Source: a virus. From it: DNA of 64,000 bases. Positions 49,298 to 58,096 of the stretch are shown here, in pieces. How positions within the stretch are numbered: position 1 is the stretch's first letter; every line of letters begins with the position of its first letter. The DNA is taken from positions 56,591 to 120,590 of the IMG/VR virus record IMGVR_UViG_3300035696_000016, one strand, 5' to 3'. The position numbers and the translations under genes are program-made. A model generated the notes under the pieces. It was given only the letters and a program-made list of their open reading frames with translations. It searched no databases and was not told the DNA's origin.

Positions 49298-49675
49298 ATG
49301 CAAAAGCGTGTAATTGATAATCAATTCGTCCTTATGACGGATGATGAATACAAAATGTATCAAGAGATATGTAAATCATATGATAGACCACCAAGCGTAA
49401 AGGGCGCGGATTTATTCGTTGGTTTAGTTGTATCAGATAATGAAGGTTATATAACATTCATTAAACCACCAAGTCAACGACAAACATCATTAGAGTGCTA
49501 TTTATTTATAGCATCGGTTTTTCAGCATCAACAAATGCGTTTGATGCAAAAACAGGTTGATGACTTATGTGCCAATATTAAATTACAAGCTGAAAAATTA
49601 TTCGAAGAAATAAAATCGGACACCAAAAAACTTATTAAAAATAAAGATGTTGCGGATAAACCGGACAGTAAGTAA
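49298..49675 (+). CDS. hypothetical protein
   Basis: GAGG SD, 125 aa. Confidence 0.65.
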   Translation: MQKRVIDNQFVLMTDDEYKMYQEICKSYDRPPSVKGADLFVGLVVSDNEGYITFIKPPSQRQTSLECYLFIASVFQHQQMRLMQKQVDDLCANIKLQAEKLFEEIKSDTKKLIKNKDVADKPDSK

Positions 49676-49684
49676 ATTAGATGT

Positions 49685-50185
49685 ATGAAAGAAAAAATCA
49701 CACTTGGTCAGGCAGTTGGAGAAAGTTTCGACGATAACTTCTCAGACTTCGATCTAACTGAAATACAACACGTGCTATCAGTTTTAGCATCAGAAAACGC
49801 TATCGATATAGCTCACGCTGAAATGCTCCAACAAAAAACATTATATGGAGCCGATATATTGATCGGTTATATTGCTAAGCTTGTAAAAACAGTCTCATTT
49901 TTGGAGACGAAAATTAATTCAGTAAAGAATAAAGTTGCGCTTGAATATAAAGCAGCGGATGGAAAAACTACTGCTGATATGAAAAAGCAGGCAGGCGAGT
50001 CATCAGAAGATGTAGAAAAATTAAATGTTTTGCTTGCAAAAGCAAAAGGGAGTAAAACGTTTTTAGAGCGAAAATATGAGATTTTGATAAAAGCGCATCA
50101 CTACTATAAAGACGTTGGTATTGGAATGCGTAAAGGTATAGTATCGTCATCGAATAATAACAATGATATGATAGGATGGAAGTAG
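49685..50185 (+). CDS. putative UvsY-like recombination mediator
   Basis: Helical 166-aa protein with a K-T-x-A-D-x-K-like segment, two genes upstream of recA. Confidence 0.45.
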   Translation: MKEKITLGQAVGESFDDNFSDFDLTEIQHVLSVLASENAIDIAHAEMLQQKTLYGADILIGYIAKLVKTVSFLETKINSVKNKVALEYKAADGKTTADMKKQAGESSEDVEKLNVLLAKAKGSKTFLERKYEILIKAHHYYKDVGIGMRKGIVSSSNNNNDMIGWK

Positions 50186-50871
50186 TGGAAGATATCAGAT
50201 TATGTATTAAATGTGGCTTACCGAAGCCAATAGATGCGTTTTATGGTAGTAAAAATACGTGTAAAAGTTGCAAAATTGAGTATCAAAAAGCATACTATAT
50301 TGCGAATAAAGTAATTATAAATGAGAAACAACATTCTAGATATATTGAAAATAAAGAACAGATAATCGCGGATCAATTACGGCGAGATAAAGATAGAAAA
50401 GAAGAGATAGCCGTATATCAAAAAGAATATAGAAAAAATAATAAAGACAAGGCAAGAATATACGCTAAAAAGAAAAAACAAAAACCAGAAAATAAAATTA
50501 GAGAAGCTATATCTACTTCGGTTAGAAGATCACTTAAATCTAATGGTTTTTTGAAAAACGGTGTTTCATTTTTTGAAAAAATTGGTTATACGCCAGAGGA
50601 TCTTCGCCAACACATTATTAGTCAGTTCGAACCGTGGATGAACCTAAATAATTTTGGTCAATATAATCCAGACACATGGGATGAAAAAGATAAAACAACA
50701 TGGACATGGAACATAGATCACAAAAAACCACATAGTGAATTTAATTATAAAACAATGGATGATATTGAGTTTAAAGAATGCTGGGCATTGGATAATTTAA
50801 GACCATATCCAGCAAAAGATAATATATATGACGGAAGTTTTAGAATCAGACATAAAGATAAAAAGGAATAA
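50176..50871 (+). mobile_element. free-standing HNH homing-type endonuclease upstream of recA
   Basis: CIKC..CKSC, QFEPWMN..N.G, WNIDHKKP..NLRP. Confidence 0.82.
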
Positions 50872-50872
50872 A

Positions 50873-52012
50873 ATGGATAATAAATTAGAGTCATTTTTTA
50901 AATCATTCGCAGATGCAGATGAAGAGTTAGATTTTAGATTCGCAGATCAGTTCGGAGCCAAGGTTCCAGTTATTAAAACTGGAAGTCATGGTCTCGATGA
51001 CGCATTGTCATCGGGCGGATACCCATTCGGTAGAATAATTCAATTATATGGTCCGCCACACAGCGGTAAGACATTGATGTCTATGCTTGCAATTTTAGAA
51101 GCTCAGAAACTAAATCCTGAATCTAAACAATTATTTATAGATGCCGAAGGCACATTTAGTGCTATATGGGCTCAGACACTCGGAATAGATATATCCCGTG
51201 TTTTGATTGTAGATGGTGATTCTGCGGTCAATGGCAGAAGGTTGTTCGAAACATTGTTGGGAACACCCAAAGAAGACAGCAAACATATTTTGGTTGGGAA
51301 ATCAAAAGAAGGGTTTTTAGACAAGGTTGCGGATAAAACATTCGATTTTAATTTAGTCGTATTGGATTCGCTTGGTGCGATCATACCGCCGGGTGAAGAC
51401 GTTTCAGCGGTAGGTAAAATGAATATGTCATTGCTTGCTCGTTTCCTTTCAACAACAATGAAAAAACTATCGTTAGAAGTTAAGAAAGCTAATCTTCCAT
51501 TCATAATCATCAATCACAAAAGAGACGGTATGGATCCATATGGGCCAGACCACACATTTTCAGGCGGCAATACGTACGGACATTTTCTATCTTGTAATGT
51601 GTATTTCGAAGCCATACAAAGAAAAGACGCTCAAATCTTAAATGATAAGGATCAAAAAATCGGACATATGATAAGAGCAAAAGTTGAAAAGAGTAAATTC
51701 GGTATTACACCAAGACAATGCGAGTTCAAAGTAGATTTTTCAAAAGGCGTCGTAGATAAGCATGAAGAAATTGCCAAACTTGCATTGGATTATAATGTTG
51801 TAGAAAAACCAACATCAGTTTCACATCAATATGGAGATTATAAATGGGTAGGTTTCCCAAAGTTTTGTGAAGCATTGTCAGAAAATCCAGTTCTATTACA
51901 AGAAATCTCAGATAAAATTGAAGTTGCAAGAGATTCAAAGTTTAATAGAAAACCAAACACAGAAAATGTTGTTGAAGTAAAATCAGAAAAAAAATCAAAG
52001 AAAGTAGTATAG
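50873..52012 (+). CDS. recA: RecA/UvsX recombinase
   Basis: GGYPFGRI.QLYGPPHSGKT, FIDAE, VVLDS, ARF.S, IINH, SGG, KSK. Confidence 0.93.
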   Translation: MDNKLESFFKSFADADEELDFRFADQFGAKVPVIKTGSHGLDDALSSGGYPFGRIIQLYGPPHSGKTLMSMLAILEAQKLNPESKQLFIDAEGTFSAIWAQTLGIDISRVLIVDGDSAVNGRRLFETLLGTPKEDSKHILVGKSKEGFLDKVADKTFDFNLVVLDSLGAIIPPGEDVSAVGKMNMSLLARFLSTTMKKLSLEVKKANLPFIIINHKRDGMDPYGPDHTFSGGNTYGHFLSCNVYFEAIQRKDAQILNDKDQKIGHMIRAKVEKSKFGITPRQCEFKVDFSKGVVDKHEEIAKLALDYNVVEKPTSVSHQYGDYKWVGFPKFCEALSENPVLLQEISDKIEVARDSKFNRKPNTENVVEVKSEKKSKKVV

Positions 52013-52016
52013 TACT

Positions 52017-52385
52017 ATGTCAAATGATAAAGATATTGTAGTTCAACAAAAAAATAAAATGGTAGATGATACACCAGTTCAGACATCGTTGTTGAGTAGT
52101 TTCAAAGCTCCACAACGCACAACACCTACTTATTTAGTTATACTAAATAATGGTAAACCAAAAGAAGCAGATTCATATTTTATAGCAATTAAACGTGATG
52201 ATGCTATATCTACTTGCGCTAAGTTTGTTGGATTCTTTTCTAATAAACCTGAACGAGAGATTAAATCATCCTATGATCAAATCATAAAGGAAACAGACAT
52301 AACAGATATTATAGAAATAGAGTTTCCTTGGAATAAAATATGTAGCGTTCAAAGTCTTGTTTATAGACATAAACCAGTGAAGTAA
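52017..52385 (+). CDS. hypothetical protein
   Basis: 122-aa ORF. Confidence 0.6.
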   Translation: MSNDKDIVVQQKNKMVDDTPVQTSLLSSFKAPQRTTPTYLVILNNGKPKEADSYFIAIKRDDAISTCAKFVGFFSNKPEREIKSSYDQIIKETDITDIIEIEFPWNKICSVQSLVYRHKPVK

Positions 52386-52391
52386 AAAAAA

Positions 52392-52799
52392 ATGTTTTAT
52401 GTTGGAGCAAAAGTAAAGATAAAACCAAAAGCTTGGAAAACATTTTGTCAATGGGAAAATAAAGATATAAATACTCCAATACCAACAGAATCTATTGTTT
52501 ATAAAATAAATTATGGCGTTCCTTGTACAATTGAATTAGCTTTTCCTTGCTTATATTTATGGAATGAGATGGATTTAATTTTGGAGCCACAGTGGGAAGA
52601 TGTTGGTTCAATTGAAATTGATGGAGAAATATATAAAGTTGGTGATACAAAATCTTGTAATTGCGAATATAAAATCATAGAGCTTTTGCCAGTGTGGCAT
52701 ATTGATACTGGAAAACATTATGTAGATCATAAAAATAATAGTTGGAGAGCAGAGCATATAGTAAATAAAAATTGTCCAATTCATAAAAGATTAAAATAA
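52392..52799 (+). CDS. hypothetical protein
   Basis: 135-aa ORF. Confidence 0.6.
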   Translation: MFYVGAKVKIKPKAWKTFCQWENKDINTPIPTESIVYKINYGVPCTIELAFPCLYLWNEMDLILEPQWEDVGSIEIDGEIYKVGDTKSCNCEYKIIELLPVWHIDTGKHYVDHKNNSWRAEHIVNKNCPIHKRLK

Positions 52800-52869
52800 T
52801 ATAAAACTTACCTTAATAAACAATCAAACAATCAAACAAAAACAAAAATAAAAAACAGGAGAAATCAAA

Positions 52870-53184
52870 ATGAGTAAGACATCAAAAACAACACGAACAG
52901 TTCGCAAGACAAACAATACAACACGACCAAACGTTGATCGTACAGTTGTTCAAAGCATCAAGCAGCAAGTAATCAGTCTTCTTGATACAGCTAAGAACGG
53001 TCAATGGATAGGAACAATGACAGACCTAAGTGGTAAGATTCGTACCGGTATTCGATCACCAAGCTATCTACGTCGCGTTCTAAACGTTGCAGTTCCGTCA
53101 ATTCGCAACGCAGGCGTAAGCGTTAAATTCGGTCGCACAACAGACCATTCACGCACACGTTATGTTCGTTTCATTGCAGGCTAA
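52870..53184 (+). CDS. small basic protein, possibly nucleic-acid-binding
   Basis: AGGAG SD; R/K/T-rich; Arg encoded by CGN rather than the AGA common in neighbours. Confidence 0.7.
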   Translation: MSKTSKTTRTVRKTNNTTRPNVDRTVVQSIKQQVISLLDTAKNGQWIGTMTDLSGKIRTGIRSPSYLRRVLNVAVPSIRNAGVSVKFGRTTDHSRTRYVRFIAG

Positions 53185-53312
53185 AAATAAGTAGTAAAAT
53201 AGGTAATAAAATAGTATATTAATTAGGAAATTAGCATCATGAAAGATGCTAAAAATCGGTTATAAAAACAGTATATCTAGTAGTTAGATAGAATAGATAA
53301 TAGGAAAATAAA

Positions 53313-53999
53313 ATGGCAACTAAAAGTGGTGAAGTAAATTGGTCAGATACAGTATTATTCGATCCAAATAAAGGTAATAGTAAGAAAGATGAATGGATGC
53401 GATTGAAGGAAGGTACGAATCTTATTCGTGTTTTAACACTTCCTCATCAGTATTCACAACACACTCATAATGTTGAGGGTGGTAAGAAATATGGGTACCG
53501 AGTCAATTGTTCAAGTACAAAAGAAACAGGTTGCCCATTATGCGAGCAAAACAATAAAGCCAAACGACGTTGGCTAATTGGTGTTATAGATCGTGAAACT
53601 AATATGTACAAAATATTAGACGCCAGTTTCACCGTCTTTAAAGCAATCAAAAACCTTAATGACGATCCAGATTGGGGCGATCCATCAACATATGATATAT
53701 CAATCATAAACGCTGGGGATCAAGCTGGGCCAGGACGATATTCTGCGGTTGCTAAACCAAAGAAACCATTGTCAGCATCAGACCTTGCTATTCAGGCAGA
53801 GAATGGTACAGATGCATTGGTTCGCAGAACAACGCCTCCGACATATGAGCAGGTTCAAGCTCGTCTTGCTAAAATAGCAGAAGAGGTTGGCGGCAATAGC
53901 GCAGCAAACTCATCAGACACTGATTCATCAGATGATGATGAAGATGGAGCGGCAGATAATTTTTTTAGAGATTACGATTCTAAGAAAAAATCAGCATAA
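53313..53999 (+). CDS. single-stranded DNA-binding protein (gp32-like)
   Basis: LKEG.N.IRVL, CPLCE, WGDP..YDI, acidic C-terminal tail; replication context. Confidence 0.75.
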   Translation: MATKSGEVNWSDTVLFDPNKGNSKKDEWMRLKEGTNLIRVLTLPHQYSQHTHNVEGGKKYGYRVNCSSTKETGCPLCEQNNKAKRRWLIGVIDRETNMYKILDASFTVFKAIKNLNDDPDWGDPSTYDISIINAGDQAGPGRYSAVAKPKKPLSASDLAIQAENGTDALVRRTTPPTYEQVQARLAKIAEEVGGNSAANSSDTDSSDDDEDGAADNFFRDYDSKKKSA

Positions 54000-54033
54000 T
54001 TTAGTGTGAAAACACAAATAAATTGATATATTT

Positions 54034-54072
54034 ATAGGGTAGAATCAGAGATGATTTTGCCCTATTTATTTT
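54034..54072 (+). terminator. Rho-independent terminator after the SSB gene
   Basis: ATAGGGTAGAATCA-GAGA-TGATTTTGCCCTAT stem (two GU pairs) plus TTATTTT. Confidence 0.7.
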
Positions 54073-54087
54073 AAATACGTAATATAA

Positions 54088-54096
54088 TGATATAAT
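54088..54096 (+). promoter_or_regulatory. extended -10 promoter TGATATAAT, putative leaderless transcript
   Basis: Exact TGnTATAAT ending 7 nt before ATG 54104. Confidence 0.6.
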
Positions 54097-54103
54097 CCAT
54101 GTT

Positions 54104-54670
54104 ATGGCTATAATAATGGGTATCGATGTTTCTACTACTACAATCGGGTGGTGCATATTAAACTATACTCGTGGACAAAAACCAAAGATTATAAGTCATT
54201 CGTTTTATAAGCCATCGAAAAAAGGTAATCTTTTTGAAAGACTAGATCAAACTCGAAAAGATATCCGGCAGGTTGTGGAAAAATATAATCCGGACTATAT
54301 TGCCATAGAGGACTTAATTAAATTTATGAAAGGTAAAAGTAGCGCTACAACGATAATTAATCTTTCAGTATTTAATAGAATGATTGGATTGATGGCATAT
54401 GATTTTTTAGGAAGACCGCCAGATCTATTCAACGTTATGTCTATTAGACATGGTATTCGTCGAGAAGTTGGAGAAAAAAAGCTTCCTGCGAAAGAAGAGC
54501 TCCCACAACATATATCTAAGTTGTTAGGTATTGAGTATCCTTGGATAAAAGATAAAAAAGGTAAAATTAAAGTGGAAAGTTATGATGTAAGCGATGCCAT
54601 GTGCGTTGCATATTATTGTTCATTAATGTTAGAAAGCGGTAAGATAAATGAATCTTCAAGAAGCATATAA
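54104..54670 (+). CDS. RuvC-like Holliday junction resolvase
   Basis: IMGIDVS...GW, IAIE, DVSDAMCVA. Confidence 0.85.
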   Translation: MAIIMGIDVSTTTIGWCILNYTRGQKPKIISHSFYKPSKKGNLFERLDQTRKDIRQVVEKYNPDYIAIEDLIKFMKGKSSATTIINLSVFNRMIGLMAYDFLGRPPDLFNVMSIRHGIRREVGEKKLPAKEELPQHISKLLGIEYPWIKDKKGKIKVESYDVSDAMCVAYYCSLMLESGKINESSRSI

Positions 54671-55616
54671 TATATTGGAAGTACAGGATAATATATCTGA
54701 TCATGAATTAAAATCAGTTTATAAAAAATTAGCAAAACAGTTTCATCCAGATGTATATAAATCTGATAAGGATAAATTTAAAAAAATAAATGAAGCATAC
54801 CAGCTAATTACCGACTATCGTAAAAATCCAGATAAATATAATCCTCATGTCCGTAGTCCATTCCAAGGTGGGTTTAATATTGATTTAAATGATTTATTTA
54901 ACGGATTCAGTAGATCTCAAAAAAATGATATCAATATACAGCCAATAAATTTAAATACTAAAATATCTTTTAAAGAAAGTGTCCTTGGAGTTGAAAAAGA
55001 GGTTTCATATAAGAAAACTATAAAATGTGAAAGTTGTAGTGGTAATGGAAAAGAACCGCAGTCTAATGGTTGTAGTTTGTGTAATGGTTTTGGTAGAATT
55101 ATTCAGCAACAAGGAAATATGCATTACTCTACTGGATGTAATAAATGTCATGGGCAAAATGTAAAACTTAAAGATTGTTTAAGGTGCAAATCCAAAGGTG
55201 CATTAGAAGTCGATGTAAATGTTAAAATAAACATACCGCCCGGTAATTCAACAACATTAAGAATACAGGGAGCTGGAAATTATAGCGGATCAGCTGGAAT
55301 AATGGGTGATCTTTATTCAGATGTATTTTTCAGAGTAGATGTGGAGCCAGATCCAGATCTAAAATTGGATGGCTCTGATGTTGTGTGTAATTTACAATTG
55401 CCATTAATTGATGCGCTAACAGGATGTAGTGTTAATATAAGGACAATTTATGATACTCGTATAATAGATATTCCAGCCAAATCTAAAAATAAAGATGAGA
55501 TAATTATTAATGGATGTGGAATAAAACAAGCGAGAGGTAATCAGCGTGTTATATTAGATGTTGATTATGGTGATACCGAGAAACTTATAGAGTTCCTAAA
55601 ACAAGAAGGAAAATAA
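54648..55616 (+). CDS. dnaJ: DnaJ-like co-chaperone
   Basis: J domain with HPD, CxxCxGxG repeats, C-terminal substrate-binding domain. Confidence 0.88.
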   Translation: MNLQEAYNILEVQDNISDHELKSVYKKLAKQFHPDVYKSDKDKFKKINEAYQLITDYRKNPDKYNPHVRSPFQGGFNIDLNDLFNGFSRSQKNDINIQPINLNTKISFKESVLGVEKEVSYKKTIKCESCSGNGKEPQSNGCSLCNGFGRIIQQQGNMHYSTGCNKCHGQNVKLKDCLRCKSKGALEVDVNVKINIPPGNSTTLRIQGAGNYSGSAGIMGDLYSDVFFRVDVEPDPDLKLDGSDVVCNLQLPLIDALTGCSVNIRTIYDTRIIDIPAKSKNKDEIIINGCGIKQARGNQRVILDVDYGDTEKLIEFLKQEGK

Positions 55617-55617
55617 A

Positions 55618-55959
55618 ATGGCGTTTATAACTAATTGTACCACAAAAGGTTGTCGTAAAGAAATGCAACCATATCTAAATCCCATAACAATGGAGGTTCA
55701 TTGTTCAGAGTGTGATGCTCCGATAGCTAATATTCCAATTTTTACTAAAAATTTAATGAAGAGCCAAAATCAAGTCAAAAAATCAGCCAAAGTAGCTTTC
55801 GCAGTTAAGTGTGCTAAATGTAAAGCGGATGCGTTGCCAAAAATTGACACCAATAATAAATTAGTATGTGCCGGTTGTGGTAATACATTAAATATATCTA
55901 AAATATATGAAAACCAAGTTAGGGAAATAATTAAGAATGGCGGGCATAAAGATCTATGA
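55618..55959 (+). CDS. double zinc-ribbon protein
   Basis: Four Cys pairs. Confidence 0.65.
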   Translation: MAFITNCTTKGCRKEMQPYLNPITMEVHCSECDAPIANIPIFTKNLMKSQNQVKKSAKVAFAVKCAKCKADALPKIDTNNKLVCAGCGNTLNISKIYENQVREIIKNGGHKDL

Positions 55960-56252
55960 GTAAGGCGCAAGATCTTTTAGATACTATTGAGTGGTTGAAA
56001 AGTCAGGAGGGCACCAGTCTTATTTTAAAAGGTGAGCATAAAAAGAATGTTATTAAACGGCTATCCATAGGTATCCTAAAAGGATATGGTATGTCAAGCA
56101 TTAGTGAGGTTTCAGAGATTGAAGCTAAACGGTTGTTGTCAGATTTTATTGTAAATCATAATATTAAATCGTGTGAAACAATGAAGCTTATTGTTGAAGG
56201 GTTATATCCTCAATACACAGAAATATTAAATAAATTATTGTTATTAAAATGA
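55956..56252 (+). CDS. small protein with C-terminal tag
   Basis: Ends EILNKLLLLK*. Confidence 0.7.
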   Translation: MSKAQDLLDTIEWLKSQEGTSLILKGEHKKNVIKRLSIGILKGYGMSSISEVSEIEAKRLLSDFIVNHNIKSCETMKLIVEGLYPQYTEILNKLLLLK

Positions 56253-56992
56253 CAGCATTCGATATAATAATAGATTGTTGCGCTGATCTTTTATATTCTT
56301 TTCCGCAAGCCAAAAGCACCACTGAATATATTCATAATCGTCTTTCAGACCGTGCTATTAAAGAATGGCAGTTTGGTTATTTTCCTGATAATCAAAATCT
56401 CGGAGTTCTTTCATCATTAGTTGGAGATGAAATATTAAAATCTTATGATTTAATTTATGATAAGATTTATAATGGTGGAAAATATCGTTGTAGTACGATG
56501 TCCGATTATAATTTAATTATGCCATATAAGGACGTATATGGTCGTACAATTGGTATTGTTGGTCGAAGTATTCTTTCCGATGATGAAATAAAAAATAAAA
56601 ATATATCCAAATATAAAAATACACACTTCGCAAAACGTTCTAACTTGTTTGGATTAAATTTTGCTAAAAAATATATTATACAAAATAATTTTGCTATTTT
56701 ATGTGAGGGACAATTAGATGTGATTCAATCATCGGATAAGGGATTAAAAAATATTGTTGCATTAGGATCATCAAGTATGTCTTTTGAACAATTAGTGTTA
56801 TTAATGAGATATACGAATAATATAATTCTTATGCTTGATAATGATGAAGCCGGTAGAAATGGTGAAGAAAAAATAATCAAAACCTACGGCAAATATGCTA
56901 ATTTTAAAAAAATATATTTACCAAATGATTATAAGGATCTTGATAGTTTTTTTAGTGAAAACGGGTTAGAGGATTTAGAGTTACGTATTTAA
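56249..56992 (+). CDS. dnaG: DnaG-type primase catalytic/TOPRIM core lacking the zinc-binding domain
   Basis: GIVGR, KYKNT, LFGL, EGQLDVI, VALG, LDNDEAG, KDLD. Confidence 0.85.
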   Translation: MTAFDIIIDCCADLLYSFPQAKSTTEYIHNRLSDRAIKEWQFGYFPDNQNLGVLSSLVGDEILKSYDLIYDKIYNGGKYRCSTMSDYNLIMPYKDVYGRTIGIVGRSILSDDEIKNKNISKYKNTHFAKRSNLFGLNFAKKYIIQNNFAILCEGQLDVIQSSDKGLKNIVALGSSSMSFEQLVLLMRYTNNIILMLDNDEAGRNGEEKIIKTYGKYANFKKIYLPNDYKDLDSFFSENGLEDLELRI

Positions 56993-57073
56993 ATAATAAA
57001 TATACATATTTAGTGATATAGACAGGATGATTAATCATAATGGTTAGTCATCTTTTATATTTTTGGAGATATA

Positions 57074-57547
57074 ATGTCTGAAAAAAAAGCCAATAGATCA
57101 AATGCTTACCAGTATATTTATGGAGAAATTAGTGTTGCAACCGAATTATTAGAAAGTTTTAATGAGGATGCATCCATTTATAAAAGGTTAAATCCGCATG
57201 AATATAACGAAAAGGTGGCCGAATTGGAAGAGCAACTTCGTGTGGAATTTTGGAGAATAGTAGATCAAAATTTAACACCGAGGCAAAAACAAGTAATTGA
57301 ATTAGTAACATTACAAAAACTAACACAGCAAGAAGCAGCAAAAATACTTGGTGTTAATCAAAGTAGTATTACTAAATCACTTCATGGAAATGTTGATTAC
57401 AGTAAAAGAGACGATAAAAATAATAAAACTAAGGTAGTTTATGGCGGTTCTATTCGAAAAATACAGAATATAATGCAAAAAGATGACAAGATTTTAGAAA
57501 TCTTAAATCAAATAGCTGAATTAAGAGAAGAAACTTGGACTAAATAG
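57074..57547 (+). CDS. sigma-70 region-4-like HTH protein
   Basis: LTPRQKQVIEL....LTQQEAAKILGVNQSSIT. Confidence 0.8.
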   Translation: MSEKKANRSNAYQYIYGEISVATELLESFNEDASIYKRLNPHEYNEKVAELEEQLRVEFWRIVDQNLTPRQKQVIELVTLQKLTQQEAAKILGVNQSSITKSLHGNVDYSKRDDKNNKTKVVYGGSIRKIQNIMQKDDKILEILNQIAELREETWTK

Positions 57548-57611
57548 ATAATCTATAAAAACCACTAATATCGCTGCATTATTTAGTATATACTTTTAAG
57601 GGACCACAAAA

Positions 57612-58085
57612 ATGGCTAATTTTTCTATTGACTACGATAATCTTCATAAAACAGTTAATAATAAAATCTATCGATTAGATGAAGTAAAACATCGTTTGGA
57701 AAAGGTAGCTTTTGATATTGTTCGTTTTAAAGATGCAAAAGATGACGAAGAGCTTTGGCAAATTCAAAGTGCGGATGACGGTGAATACATAGTTGCACGT
57801 TATTCCACGGATGATAAAAAAGAAGAAAAAACAGCCTCAGTTGATAAAACATGGGACGTACTTGTATCACAAGCAGGATATATGCATATATATTATTGTG
57901 GAACTCCTATTGCTAAGTTTGCTGCTTCTGATCTAGGTCTTTCAACAGAAGATTTAAAAACAGTTAAACGTTTTCTACCATCTAAACTTGGATCAGATAA
58001 AAACTTCGTTAAGGCATTACTTTCAAAATTAAATGGTGACGAGCTCGAAAGTGTTCAAGCCTCTTACCCAGAGATACTTCAATAA
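57612..58085 (+). CDS. hypothetical protein (putative late/virion)
   Basis: Late-type motif upstream; EKTAS. Confidence 0.65.
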   Translation: MANFSIDYDNLHKTVNNKIYRLDEVKHRLEKVAFDIVRFKDAKDDEELWQIQSADDGEYIVARYSTDDKKEEKTASVDKTWDVLVSQAGYMHIYYCGTPIAKFAASDLGLSTEDLKTVKRFLPSKLGSDKNFVKALLSKLNGDELESVQASYPEILQ

Positions 58086-58096
58086 TAGGCAAACAA

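Noticed and set aside
42927-52012. Inteins or introns in dnaE or recA
   Set aside because: Both have normal length and contiguous motifs; no intein C/S...HN junctions seen
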